The notes under the pieces: generated by a model
Database searches by the model: none
Seen by the model: the letters and a program-made list of their open reading frames with translations, nothing else
Told to the model about the DNA's origin: nothing
In this document: positions 1-8,409 of the stretch, one piece after another
Position numbering within the stretch: the stretch's first letter is position 1
Layout of the letters: each line of letters starts with the position of its first letter
Translations under genes and position numbers: made by a program
Origin: Chthonomonas calidirosea
Lineage (GTDB): Bacteria; Armatimonadota; Fimbriimonadia; Fimbriimonadales; Fimbriimonadaceae
Direction: 5' to 3'
NCBI GenBank assembly: GCA_945859975.1
Contig: CAMAPH010000058.1
Coordinates: forward strand, 1-13,657
Length of the DNA: 13,657 nucleotides

Positions 1-96
1 AAAGCGCAGCAGTGCGAAGCCATTGGATTCGAGGATGACCGCACGGTGCTCATCTCGAACGAGCAGCGCGAAATCTTCCGGGTCCGCGTCGACTAG
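1..96 (+). CDS. 3' end of a hypothetical protein (5'-truncated by the window)
   Basis: Frame 1 is open from base 1 with GC-rich third positions: KAQQCEAIGFEDDRTVLISNEQREIFRVRVD*. The TAG at 94-96 overlaps the stop of the convergent gene (CTAG). Confidence 0.65.
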   Translation, partial: KAQQCEAIGFEDDRTVLISNEQREIFRVRVD

Positions 97-830
97 TTGA
101 CGTTGATCGATTCGATGGTCAGGGTTCCGCTGGCGTCGCGTGGGTTGACGTAGACGCCGGTTTGAACTTGCAGAACATCAATCCGGTCGGGCTTGCCGAA
201 GCCGAGATTCGTGTTGCCGCCGTTACTGGGGCGGGTGTGCTGCAGTTGGCTGAGCGGGAACTCGTATTGTCTGGTGACGGGATTGAGGGTGAACGGCGGC
301 GTGAGATAGCTGTCGGTGCCTTGCATGAGGCGGAGCCGGAATTTCGGCAACGTTCCGCGAGCCTTGACCACGACCTTGCTTAGGCCGCGGGTTTCGATCG
401 GCTCGGACGGATATCTAAGCGTCGCAAAGTACCGTTCTTCCTTGCCAAACTTGACGACTTGGAGTTCGGTGAATCCTTGGGCATCAACGGAGGTAGTCGC
501 CTCGGCCCCGGGGCTGGTCTCTAGCAACCAGGCGGTTTGCTTCGGAATCACGACGGGCGGCGCGGGTGCGGGAGGCTGCCCAATGAGCAGGATAGACGTT
601 AGGGCGAGGGCAATTGCGAACGCGATCAAGATCGCGATGACAATTTGGTTTTTGTTTCCAGCCTTTTTGGCGGCGATCTGCGTCCGCGCCTTTTGCAAGT
701 ATTCAACCGGAACCTCGATTTCGGCGAAGGCTGCTTCCTCGGCCTGCTTCTGCTGCGCCGCTTCGCGGTCTTGCTCGTACAGCTTTAGGGCCAGCTCCTC
801 CGCAGATTCTTCCTTCTTTGTTCGCAGCAT
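93..830 (-). CDS. Single-pass membrane protein with a C-terminal beta-sandwich (CIA30/CBM11-like) domain
   Basis: The ORF track starts at 971, which overlaps osmC. ATG at 830 (MLRTKKEESAEEL) is more plausible. It encodes a charged helical N-terminus, a TM segment IVIAILIAFAIALALTSILLIG, a Pro linker and a beta-rich domain (GLSKVVVKARG...FTLNPVTRQYEFPLSQL). The domain call is by resemblance only. Confidence 0.7.
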   Translation of the reverse strand: MLRTKKEESAEELALKLYEQDREAAQQKQAEEAAFAEIEVPVEYLQKARTQIAAKKAGNKNQIVIAILIAFAIALALTSILLIGQPPAPAPPVVIPKQTAWLLETSPGAEATTSVDAQGFTELQVVKFGKEERYFATLRYPSEPIETRGLSKVVVKARGTLPKFRLRLMQGTDSYLTPPFTLNPVTRQYEFPLSQLQHTRPSNGGNTNLGFGKPDRIDVLQVQTGVYVNPRDASGTLTIESINVN

Positions 831-867
831 AAGATTCAGTACGGAGGAGAGGCGAGCTAGGTTCGGA

Positions 868-1281
868 TCAGACCTGAACGGTGAGGTCGAGGGTGATGTC
901 GAGGTCGAGCACGCGGCTGATGGGGCAGCCTTCTTCGGCGGCCTTTGCGGCTTCTTGAATGAGGGCTTCATCGGCGCCGGTTGCGACCACGGTGCAGGTG
1001 AGCACGCTTCGGGTGAGGGTGAGCTCTTCCATGGTGACGGCGGCAGTGGTGGAGATGGACTCTGGGGTGATTCCGCGCTCGCCGAGTTGGGCGGAGAAGG
1101 CCATGCTGAAGCAGCCCGCGTGGGCGGCGGCGATCAGCTCTTCCGGATTCGTGCCGGGAGCGTCTTCAAATCGGGTTTTGAACGAGTAAGGCGTGCCGTT
1201 GAGAATGGTGGATGGGGACGTGAGCGTGCCGTGGCCTTCTTTTAGGTTGCCGTTCCAAACGGCCGATGCGGTTCTAATCAT
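868..1281 (-). CDS. osmC: OsmC family peroxiredoxin
   Basis: MIRTASAVWNGNLKEGHG, YSFKTRFE..PGTNPEELIAAAHAGCFSMA and GCPISR (both catalytic Cys). SD GGAGAG lies upstream of ATG 1281. Confidence 0.95.
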   Translation of the reverse strand: MIRTASAVWNGNLKEGHGTLTSPSTILNGTPYSFKTRFEDAPGTNPEELIAAAHAGCFSMAFSAQLGERGITPESISTTAAVTMEELTLTRSVLTCTVVATGADEALIQEAAKAAEEGCPISRVLDLDITLDLTVQV

Positions 1282-1343
1282 GTTGCTCTCCAAAACGCGT
1301 ATGCGCAACTCAGTCTTACCCGCCGTTTCTGTAGAATGACGGC

Positions 1344-2357
1344 ATGAGTCCCGAATTTCTGGCGAGAATCCCGAAGGTAGAGCTCCACGTACACCTCGAG
1401 GGGTCGATTCGGCCAGAAACCGTCTTACAACTCGCGGCGCGCAACGGCATCTCGCTCCCGGCCGACACGGTGGAAGGGCTCCAGGCGTGGTATGCCTTTC
1501 GAGATTTCCCCCACTTTGTCGAGGTGTACGTGGAGGTTTCGAAGTGCATTCGGACGGCCGATGATTTGGAGCTTCTCGCGCGTGAATTTTTGGAAGAACA
1601 AGCGCGGCAGAACGTGCTGTACTCGGAGTTCACCTACACGGTCTCGACCATCGAAAAGTATGCCGGGCTCGCCTGGAAAGATCAGTTTGCCGCGTTGCAG
1701 CGGGGACTGGCGTATGGCGCGGACCTTGGGACGGAGGCGCAGATCATCATCGACATCGTGCGTGGCGACTCGCTGGAGCGCGCGCAGGAGGTTTTGGGCT
1801 GGGTGAAGGAAGGTTTGGGGCACGGGGTTTGTGCCCTCGGGATTGCGGGAGAGGAACGACTTGGGACGGAACTGTATGCGCCCGTGTTTGAAGAAGCCCA
1901 AGCGCTCGGGATTCCGGTGGTCGCCCACGCCGGGGAAACGGTCGGGCCGGAGTCGATTTGGGAAGCGCTTCGGTTAGCCCACGCCAAGCGCATTGGGCAC
2001 GGGGTCCGGTGTGTGGAAGACCCCGAGTTGGTGAAGTACTTGGTTCAAAACCAAACTCCGCTCGAAGTTTGCCCGTCCAGCAACGTTTGCCTCGGCGTCT
2101 ATCCGTCGCTTGCCGAGCACCCGCTTCCGCGAATGCTGGACGAGGGAATGAACGTCACGATCAACTCCGACGACCCGCCGATGTTCGGCACGTCGCTCAC
2201 GGAGGAGTGGATCCGCGTTTGCCGCGAGTTTGAGCTGACGGAAGACATGGTGTTTAGCCTCATGCAAAACGCCGTCAACGCCGCCCTGCTGCCAGCGGAG
2301 CGTAAGGCGGAGTTGCGAACCGCGTTGCGTGAAGGCTTCGCGGAAGCGGCGGAGTAG
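1344..2357 (+). CDS. add: Adenosine/adenine deaminase
   Basis: PKVELHVHLEGS, AHAGE, RIGHG, EVCPSSN and NSDDPPMFG motifs; 337 aa. Confidence 0.93.
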   Translation: MSPEFLARIPKVELHVHLEGSIRPETVLQLAARNGISLPADTVEGLQAWYAFRDFPHFVEVYVEVSKCIRTADDLELLAREFLEEQARQNVLYSEFTYTVSTIEKYAGLAWKDQFAALQRGLAYGADLGTEAQIIIDIVRGDSLERAQEVLGWVKEGLGHGVCALGIAGEERLGTELYAPVFEEAQALGIPVVAHAGETVGPESIWEALRLAHAKRIGHGVRCVEDPELVKYLVQNQTPLEVCPSSNVCLGVYPSLAEHPLPRMLDEGMNVTINSDDPPMFGTSLTEEWIRVCREFELTEDMVFSLMQNAVNAALLPAERKAELRTALREGFAEAAE

Positions 2358-2391
2358 ACCTTTGATGCAGAAACTCTTGCAAAGTTACTGC

Positions 2392-3078
2392 TCAACGATG
2401 ATCGAGGAAGATGGCGGCGTATGCTGTGCTGGACTGTAGCAGGATCGTTGTGCCGTCTTTTCGTTCAAGCTGAACCGTTTTGAAGAGGGTGTTTGCGGGT
2501 GAGCCGGGTCGGGTTGCCCAGATCACCCATTTGCCGGTCGCAGCAGAGAGGTTCTGGACGTAAGGCGTTTCCAATTGCAACGTTACGTTCGTGGCAAACG
2601 GCACGCCATCGGACGGGCGTTGTCCCGGCGGTAATAGATAGAGATCAATGGGTCCACGGTAATCACGGAGGGGCTCGGGAATTAACTCACCGTATGCAAA
2701 AAGTTGAACCCCGGAAGCTGCTGGGTTTGGCAACTGACGTATTACATAGCGTCGAGTAAAAGGAACAATGGAAGCCGCGTAGTTTGCATCAAAGAGGATG
2801 AATGTTCCGAACCCTGCCGGTATCGTTTGGTCTGCAGGTGTCGTTTCACTCACTCCTTGATAACTGATGCTCAAATCGTCCGGTTGCAGTGGAAATGGCC
2901 CGAACGGTTCGCTGACGTCTACATCGTCAAACCGAACTCCATCCAGAAAAAATCTTCTGTCGTCGCCACTACCATTGACCACGAACAGATCTCGTCTGGG
3001 GAGCGAAGTATCAGTGCTGCCGCCGCAGCCAGCAATTAGCAACAGAGTTAACGCGGGAATGGAGTGAGCACTTTTCAT
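2392..3078 (-). CDS. Putative lipoprotein (DUF4397-like beta-rich)
   Basis: Signal peptide with lipobox LIAG-C followed by GGS. Contains VVNGS and PIDLYL motifs. Visibly lower GC than the flanks. Confidence 0.7.
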   Translation of the reverse strand: MKSAHSIPALTLLLIAGCGGSTDTSLPRRDLFVVNGSGDDRRFFLDGVRFDDVDVSEPFGPFPLQPDDLSISYQGVSETTPADQTIPAGFGTFILFDANYAASIVPFTRRYVIRQLPNPAASGVQLFAYGELIPEPLRDYRGPIDLYLLPPGQRPSDGVPFATNVTLQLETPYVQNLSAATGKWVIWATRPGSPANTLFKTVQLERKDGTTILLQSSTAYAAIFLDHR

Positions 3079-3263
3079 AAGGAAATTCCGATTACGGTTG
3101 TGTTGACAGGAACGTATGTTGGCAATGGCCCCGGCACAGAGCCATCCGTGGTGTAGATGCGAGCGCCGTCTGGAGATGAAGGAAGCACAATGCCCTTTGG
3201 CCGAAGATTTCCGGTGTAAAGAAGAGCGACCCCACTCGGGCAGTAGAGTCTTAGCCCCGCCAC
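3075..3263 (-). CDS. Small hypothetical protein or gene remnant
   Basis: 62-aa GTG-start ORF whose stop overlaps the lipoprotein start (ATGA). No recognised motif. Confidence 0.3.
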   Translation of the reverse strand: MAGLRLYCPSGVALLYTGNLRPKGIVLPSSPDGARIYTTDGSVPGPLPTYVPVNTTVIGISL

Positions 3264-3358
3264 CTTTACATTACGCCGATTGTTGAATCATGCGCGAAGA
3301 AAGTGATTCTCGGATGTTAAGGTTTCGTTCCCACTAAGTTCTGCGTGCGGCCCAGAAT

Positions 3359-5179
3359 CTAGGAAGTTGCCTTCGAATGCTCCGTCCACAGTTCTTCGAA
3401 CGTGCTCACAAACCGCTCGATCACCGCGAAGCCGCCTTGCCAGAACTCGGGGGAGTGGAGGTCTACGCCGACAATCGCCATGAGCTCATCAGGCGATTTT
3501 GAACCTCCGAGACGCAGGACTTCGAGGTACTTCGCTTCGAAGCTCGGGCCCTCTTGCTTTGCTTTCTCGTAAAGAGAGAGCACGAGCAGTTCGCCGAACG
3601 AGTACGCGTAAACGTAAAACGGAGCGAAGAAGAAGTGGCCGACGTAGCTCCACCACTGCTTGTGCTGATCGCCCATGGTAACGCTGCTACCGAACATCGC
3701 CTGGAGCTCGGCTTGCCAGATTTCCCCGAATTGCTCGGATGACAGTTCGCCGGTTTCGCGTCGCGCTCGGTGGCACTTTTGCTCGAACGAGAACATCGCG
3801 GCTTGGCGGAAAACGGTAGCGAAAATCCCCTCGGCCTTATCGGCATAGAGGGCCAACTTATCCTCTAAGTTCGCCTTCGCAACCAACTTCTCAAAGACAA
3901 GCATTTCGCCAAAGGTGCTGGCGAGCTCGGCGAGGGGGAGGGTGCCGTGGAAGTTGAAATAGCTTTGCCCTCGGCTGAGCGAAGCGTGGACGCCATGGCC
4001 AAGCTCGTGGGCCAGGGTCATCACGTCATCCATCCGGTTCATGTAGCTTTGGAACACGAACGGGTGGGTGTCGGGGGTGACGTAGGAGCAGAACGCACCG
4101 CCCTGCTTGCCCTTGCGAGGCTCGGCATCGATCCAGTTTTTGTCGAAGAACTCAGCAGCGCGGTCCTTGAGGGTCGGGCTGAACTGGCCAAAGGCATCGA
4201 GGACGATCTCCTTTGCTTCGGGCCATTCCACCGGCGCTTCGGATTCAAACAACGGAGCGTAGCGGTCAACGTGGGTGAGTTCTTCGAGCCCAAGTGCGTC
4301 GCGCTTGACGAGGTAGTACCGCTCAACGAGGCCGTAATTTTCGCGGCAGAGCCGCATGACGAGGTTGACGGTTTCGGAGTCGAGCTCGTTGGAAAGGTGC
4401 CGACTAGTCTCGGGCTCTTCCATCTTTCGCAGCCGGTCGTCGACGGCCTTGTCTTGGAGCAGGTTGTTGTAGATAAACGTGATAGTCCGGTTCAGCTCAT
4501 GAAGTCCGGCGGTGAGGGATTCCGCAGCGGCGAGTCGCTTGCCGCGATCCGCATCGCGAAGGAGCGTTAAGACTTCCTGCTCGGTCGCCGATTTGGGCTC
4601 TTCGCCGGGCAGCTGAAGGGTGAAAACGTGGTTGGTGGTGACTTCTTCAAACAGACGCACCCACGCGCGGGAGCCGGTATTTGCCGTTTCTTCGAGGATG
4701 ACTTCTTCCGCTTCGGAAAGACGGTAGGGCTGGTAGCGTCGGCTGGCTTCGATAAAGTGGCGGTAAGGCGCAACCTCGGGATCACTGAGCAAAGGATCGA
4801 TGATCGCGGAATCGACCTTCTGAAGTTCGAGTTCGGCGAAGAGGGTGAGGACGCTCAGCTCGGTGGCGAGTTCGCGCTGCTTCTGCATGAACGCGCCAAT
4901 CTGGGCGTTTGCCGAATCGGTGCTGAACAGTAGGTTGGCGTAGGAAAGCGGCTTTGCGATTTCGTTGGAGATCGCTTCAAGCTCGCGGATGGATCCGGCG
5001 AGGGTTGCGGCGGTGAGGCTCGGGTCGTTGATCTTGCCGCGATACCGTTCGGCGTACGCTTCGCACTTGGTCCGGGCTTCGGTCCAGGTGGCTTGAATAG
5101 CAGGGTCTTCTAGGCCAGAAAAAAGCACCGATAGGTCCCAACGAACCTGTGGAAGCGGCAATGACGCAGCGTCGCTCAT
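3359..5179 (-). CDS. pepF: M3B family oligoendopeptidase F
   Basis: N-terminal WDLS, WID..PRKGKQGGAFC, zinc motif TLAHELGHGVH, LAELASTFGE and HFF.APFYVYAYSFG; 606 aa. Confidence 0.95.
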   Translation of the reverse strand: MSDAASLPLPQVRWDLSVLFSGLEDPAIQATWTEARTKCEAYAERYRGKINDPSLTAATLAGSIRELEAISNEIAKPLSYANLLFSTDSANAQIGAFMQKQRELATELSVLTLFAELELQKVDSAIIDPLLSDPEVAPYRHFIEASRRYQPYRLSEAEEVILEETANTGSRAWVRLFEEVTTNHVFTLQLPGEEPKSATEQEVLTLLRDADRGKRLAAAESLTAGLHELNRTITFIYNNLLQDKAVDDRLRKMEEPETSRHLSNELDSETVNLVMRLCRENYGLVERYYLVKRDALGLEELTHVDRYAPLFESEAPVEWPEAKEIVLDAFGQFSPTLKDRAAEFFDKNWIDAEPRKGKQGGAFCSYVTPDTHPFVFQSYMNRMDDVMTLAHELGHGVHASLSRGQSYFNFHGTLPLAELASTFGEMLVFEKLVAKANLEDKLALYADKAEGIFATVFRQAAMFSFEQKCHRARRETGELSSEQFGEIWQAELQAMFGSSVTMGDQHKQWWSYVGHFFFAPFYVYAYSFGELLVLSLYEKAKQEGPSFEAKYLEVLRLGGSKSPDELMAIVGVDLHSPEFWQGGFAVIERFVSTFEELWTEHSKATS

Positions 5180-5208
5180 TCCTGTATTAGACCCCAGCGA
5201 TTGGGCCG

Positions 5209-5826
5209 CTAAATGATGGACCCAGGGTGGCGATTGGAATAGTAGTCCACCGCGTCCATGGCATCCTTCAGCCCCAGACCCGTGATCTTCCGCAGGTAGG
5301 CGATGGTGTCGACTTTAGGCGCGGGCGTGTACTGAAGTTTGTAGGTGCTCACGAAATCGTCGATGACGGCTTCGACGTTGTGACTTACGTTGAGCTGATC
5401 AATCTTGGCGCGGGTTTTTCGCCAGTCTTGGAAGGCGGCTTCGACGGCAGGACCATTGCCCAAGGCGATTGCGGCGTGGCTCACAATGCCGATTCCCCAG
5501 CCAAACAGCGGAAACAGGAACCAAAAATCTCCCTTGCGAAGGCTGAGGAAGGCGAGAAAAAGGTTAACCAGTACGAACGGCAAGAGGTGCTGAAGGAAAC
5601 CGTTTCGTCGCTCGGCATCGAAGAGGGCGCGTTCTTCTTTCGAGCTCTTTGTTTGGGCGTACTCCAGCTCGGCCGCTTCTAAATCGGCGGGAGAAATCCC
5701 GAGCTCATCGGCCATGGCCAGCAAGCGCTGGCGATTGTCGGCTCCGGTGGCGGTGGGCATGCGGCGGGAGGCGATCTTTAGAATCTGCTCAAGATCATCT
5801 TCACCATATTGCTCAAGGCGTGACAC
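5209..5826 (-). CDS. 2TM-domain membrane protein with C-terminal ribosomal L7/L12-CTD-like motif
   Basis: YGEDDLEQIL..A and LLAMADELGISPADLEAAE N-terminus. 2TM signature HLLPFVLVNLFL...WFLFPLFGWGIGIVSHA. C-terminal KVDTIAYLRKITGLGLKDAMDAVD. Confidence 0.8.
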   Translation of the reverse strand: MSRLEQYGEDDLEQILKIASRRMPTATGADNRQRLLAMADELGISPADLEAAELEYAQTKSSKEERALFDAERRNGFLQHLLPFVLVNLFLAFLSLRKGDFWFLFPLFGWGIGIVSHAAIALGNGPAVEAAFQDWRKTRAKIDQLNVSHNVEAVIDDFVSTYKLQYTPAPKVDTIAYLRKITGLGLKDAMDAVDYYSNRHPGSII

Positions 5827-5872
5827 GGAGACATTTTAGCAAGGTCTGGTTCCGAGTCCAAGATTTTTGGGT

Positions 5873-6811
5873 CTATCGCGTCTCGGATAGGCTCAAATGG
5901 CGCCCGTGTCCTGGTCGATATCCGACTTCCCGATGAAAGGCGCGCGAGAACGCGGATTCGGATTCGTAGCCAACCTCGGCGGCGACGGCGCTCACGGTGA
6001 GGTTGCGCACTTGTAGGCGCTGAACGGCAACGTGCATTCGCCAACTGGTGAGGTAGCTCATCGGCGCTTGCCCGACCGTCTTTTTGAATCGGTCCGCGAA
6101 GGTGGAACGAGAAAGCCCCGCGAGCTTCGCCATGTTCACAAGCGTCCAATCGGCGCCAGGGTCGGCATGGATTCTCGCGACCACGCGGCCAATTTCCGGA
6201 TCGCCCAAGAACCCAGCCCATCCGCCATCGGATAGGGCATAGCTGCGGATGGCGTGCATGATGACGGCATCGAGAAGGCGGTTGACGATCGGCCGGCTGC
6301 CCGGGCGGATGCTTTCGGTCTCCTCCGTGATTCGCGCCAGGAGTTCGCGAATGGGTTCAGCGCCGGAATCTCGGCGGACGATGATGGCATCGGGCAAGCT
6401 GCGGATCAGCGGGTGGCTCTGCAGGTTCCGAACCTGGACCAGCCCGGTCAAATACTGGTGAGTCGGTACGGTGTTGCCCACTTGATACACGAGGCCCGAA
6501 CGGCACAGTTGATTGCTCTTGGCGAGTAATTCGGAGAACGGGATGGCGTCGATTCCCGGCTTCGTTCTGACGGAGGTGAAGATTGGCGCGAGGCAGAGGG
6601 CAAAGTCCCCTTCTTCTAGGACATGGAACCGGCCGGCGGCTTCTAGCAGCACCGAGCCCTGAAAGACAAACATGATCTTCGCCCGGTCGACTTTGGGGTC
6701 GAAGGCGATGCCGAGAGGTTCCGAAGTGATCACTCGACCGACGACTTCACTATCGATTTTGAGCGAGGTCATCAGTTGGTCGAGCAGAAACAAGTCCGGA
6801 TGATCGGCCAT
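5873..6811 (-). CDS. AraC family transcriptional regulator (Cupin_6 N-terminus, RclR-like architecture)
   Basis: C-terminal WTLVNMAKLAGLSRSTFADRFKKTVGQAPMSYLTSWRM...VAAEVGYESESAFSRAFHREVG. ATG 6811 is preferred over 6847. Confidence 0.93.
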   Translation of the reverse strand: MADHPDLFLLDQLMTSLKIDSEVVGRVITSEPLGIAFDPKVDRAKIMFVFQGSVLLEAAGRFHVLEEGDFALCLAPIFTSVRTKPGIDAIPFSELLAKSNQLCRSGLVYQVGNTVPTHQYLTGLVQVRNLQSHPLIRSLPDAIIVRRDSGAEPIRELLARITEETESIRPGSRPIVNRLLDAVIMHAIRSYALSDGGWAGFLGDPEIGRVVARIHADPGADWTLVNMAKLAGLSRSTFADRFKKTVGQAPMSYLTSWRMHVAVQRLQVRNLTVSAVAAEVGYESESAFSRAFHREVGYRPGHGRHLSLSETR

Positions 6812-6867
6812 GTTGTTCGGTTTATCCGACGTAGATCGTCCGGTCATGTGGGTTGATAATACTTGAG

Positions 6868-7743
6868 ATGAGTATTGTTGTCACCACCCCAACCGGCCAA
6901 ATTGGCAGTCAAGTTGTTCGCGGTTTGATCCGCGCGGGCGAGCGTCCGTCGGTCATCGTTCGCGATCCGTCCCGCCTCGCGGCCGACGTTTTGCCATACG
7001 TCCAAGTGTTCCAAGGTGCTTCGGATGACGTGGAAGTTGTCGCTCGGGCGATTGAGGGAGCTTCCTCTATCTTCTGGTTGACGCCGCCGAACTACGGCTC
7101 GCAAGACCCATTTGCAGACTACGCTCGGTTCGCCCAGACGCTCGTTGATGCGGCGAAACGGACGACTGCGCCGCACATCGTGCACTTGAGTTCGGACGGC
7201 GCCCAGTTCCGTCACGGCCTCGGGCTGATTGATGCCGTTGCGGCTTCGGAGCTTACTCTCGACACTCTAGGAGGAAACGTGCTCCACCTGCGCCCGGGCT
7301 TCTTCTATGAGAACTTCCTTTGGCAAGTCGAGCCGATTCGGAGCGGCCACATCTTCCAGGCCGTTCCGGGTGAAACGGTCACGAACTTTGTCGCAACGTC
7401 GGACATCGCAGAAGTTGCGGTGCTTCGATTGCTGGCGCGGAATTGGACTGGAACCGAGACGCAGTTGATTCACGGGCCGGAGCGGCTTTCGTTCCTTCAG
7501 GCAACGGCGGCTATTTCTTCAGGGATTGGTAAGTCGGTTCAGTTCGTCGAAGCTTCCGACGAAGATACGAAGGCGGGCTTCATGGCAACGGGTGGCAGCG
7601 AAGCCGTGGCCGAGCCTTACGTGCAGATGTTCCGCGCCATGCGCGGCGCGCCATCGATTCCCGACCCCCGGAATCCGTTTTCGACCGGGAAAACGACGCT
7701 TGCGGACTGGGCGTTCCGGGTTCTGCGGCCGATTGTTGGCTAG
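6868..7743 (+). CDS. NmrA-like / atypical SDR NAD(P)H-binding protein
   Basis: MSIVVTTPTGQIGSQVV Rossmann start, LRPGFFYEN, VATSDIAEVA and GPERLS motifs. Divergent from the AraC gene. Confidence 0.9.
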   Translation: MSIVVTTPTGQIGSQVVRGLIRAGERPSVIVRDPSRLAADVLPYVQVFQGASDDVEVVARAIEGASSIFWLTPPNYGSQDPFADYARFAQTLVDAAKRTTAPHIVHLSSDGAQFRHGLGLIDAVAASELTLDTLGGNVLHLRPGFFYENFLWQVEPIRSGHIFQAVPGETVTNFVATSDIAEVAVLRLLARNWTGTETQLIHGPERLSFLQATAAISSGIGKSVQFVEASDEDTKAGFMATGGSEAVAEPYVQMFRAMRGAPSIPDPRNPFSTGKTTLADWAFRVLRPIVG

Positions 7744-7750
7744 GATTCTG

Positions 7751-8377
7751 CTATAGCTTTTCTGGGCTTCGGTTGCGAAGCCCAGAGCGAATCCACTGCC
7801 CAATTTCGTCGGGATGGCGCATGCGGAACTGGGCGTAAAGTGTTTGAACCGTGATTCTAGGCAGACCCGTGGTCTCGCTGATTTCAGCGCAAGGGTCGGC
7901 TCGAAGATTTCCTCTGTTACGTGCGAACCAGTCGCTGAACAAAGCATCCGTTTGAAAAATATCTGCAACGAGCCAAAGTCGGAAGTCGGGCAGCTTCCAA
8001 CTTTCGAACTTTGATTGAGCCTGAAACTCCTTGTTTAGCAATGGCCAGACGCTCAACGCTGCGGCAACAAGAAGGAACTCCAAGAGCGCGAACTCTTTCC
8101 GTATGGCCCAAGAAATCCCGGCAATGGTTAGCAAAATTCCGGTGATGACGAAAGCTGCAATCTTGAGTGACTGGCGCTCTTCTCGGAATCGAGCGGCCAG
8201 GAGTTTTTGCATTTCCTCGGAGTCAAATTCCCGCTGCAAATCGACGCATCGATCGTAGTCGTGACCGAGAAGTACTGCGGTATGGATGGCGTAGCTGGGA
8301 CCGGCTTGTAAATCCTCGGCGGTCGGCTCGATCAGCCGATTCAGTTCCTTCCGGGAAAAGTCGTCCACGTGCGCCAC
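7751..8377 (-). CDS. Two-TM membrane protein, diverged paralog of 5209-5826
   Basis: Two hydrophobic helices, similar length (208 vs 205 aa) and a C-terminal TGL-x14-RHP motif shared with 5209-5826. Confidence 0.7.
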   Translation of the reverse strand: MAHVDDFSRKELNRLIEPTAEDLQAGPSYAIHTAVLLGHDYDRCVDLQREFDSEEMQKLLAARFREERQSLKIAAFVITGILLTIAGISWAIRKEFALLEFLLVAAALSVWPLLNKEFQAQSKFESWKLPDFRLWLVADIFQTDALFSDWFARNRGNLRADPCAEISETTGLPRITVQTLYAQFRMRHPDEIGQWIRSGLRNRSPEKL

Positions 8378-8409
8378 ACCGAATTCTAGCTCTGAACTAA
8401 ACTGAATTC

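Noticed and set aside
831..971. N-terminal extension of the 93-971 ORF
   Set aside because: It overlaps the 3' end of osmC in another frame and has low-complexity sequence. ATG 830 is preferred.
316..1245. 309-aa plus-strand ORF
   Set aside because: Antisense shadow of osmC and the membrane protein gene, typical of high-GC DNA.
3947..4933. Plus-strand ORFs within pepF and similar overlapping ORFs inside add, AraC, the hydrolase and CMD
   Set aside because: Alternative-frame artefacts overlapping well-supported genes.
6794..6845. GT(C/T)CGG repeats at 6794, 6815 and 6838 as AraC binding sites
   Set aside because: Plausible location, but the matches are too short and the spacing uneven (21 and 23 bp) to support from sequence alone.
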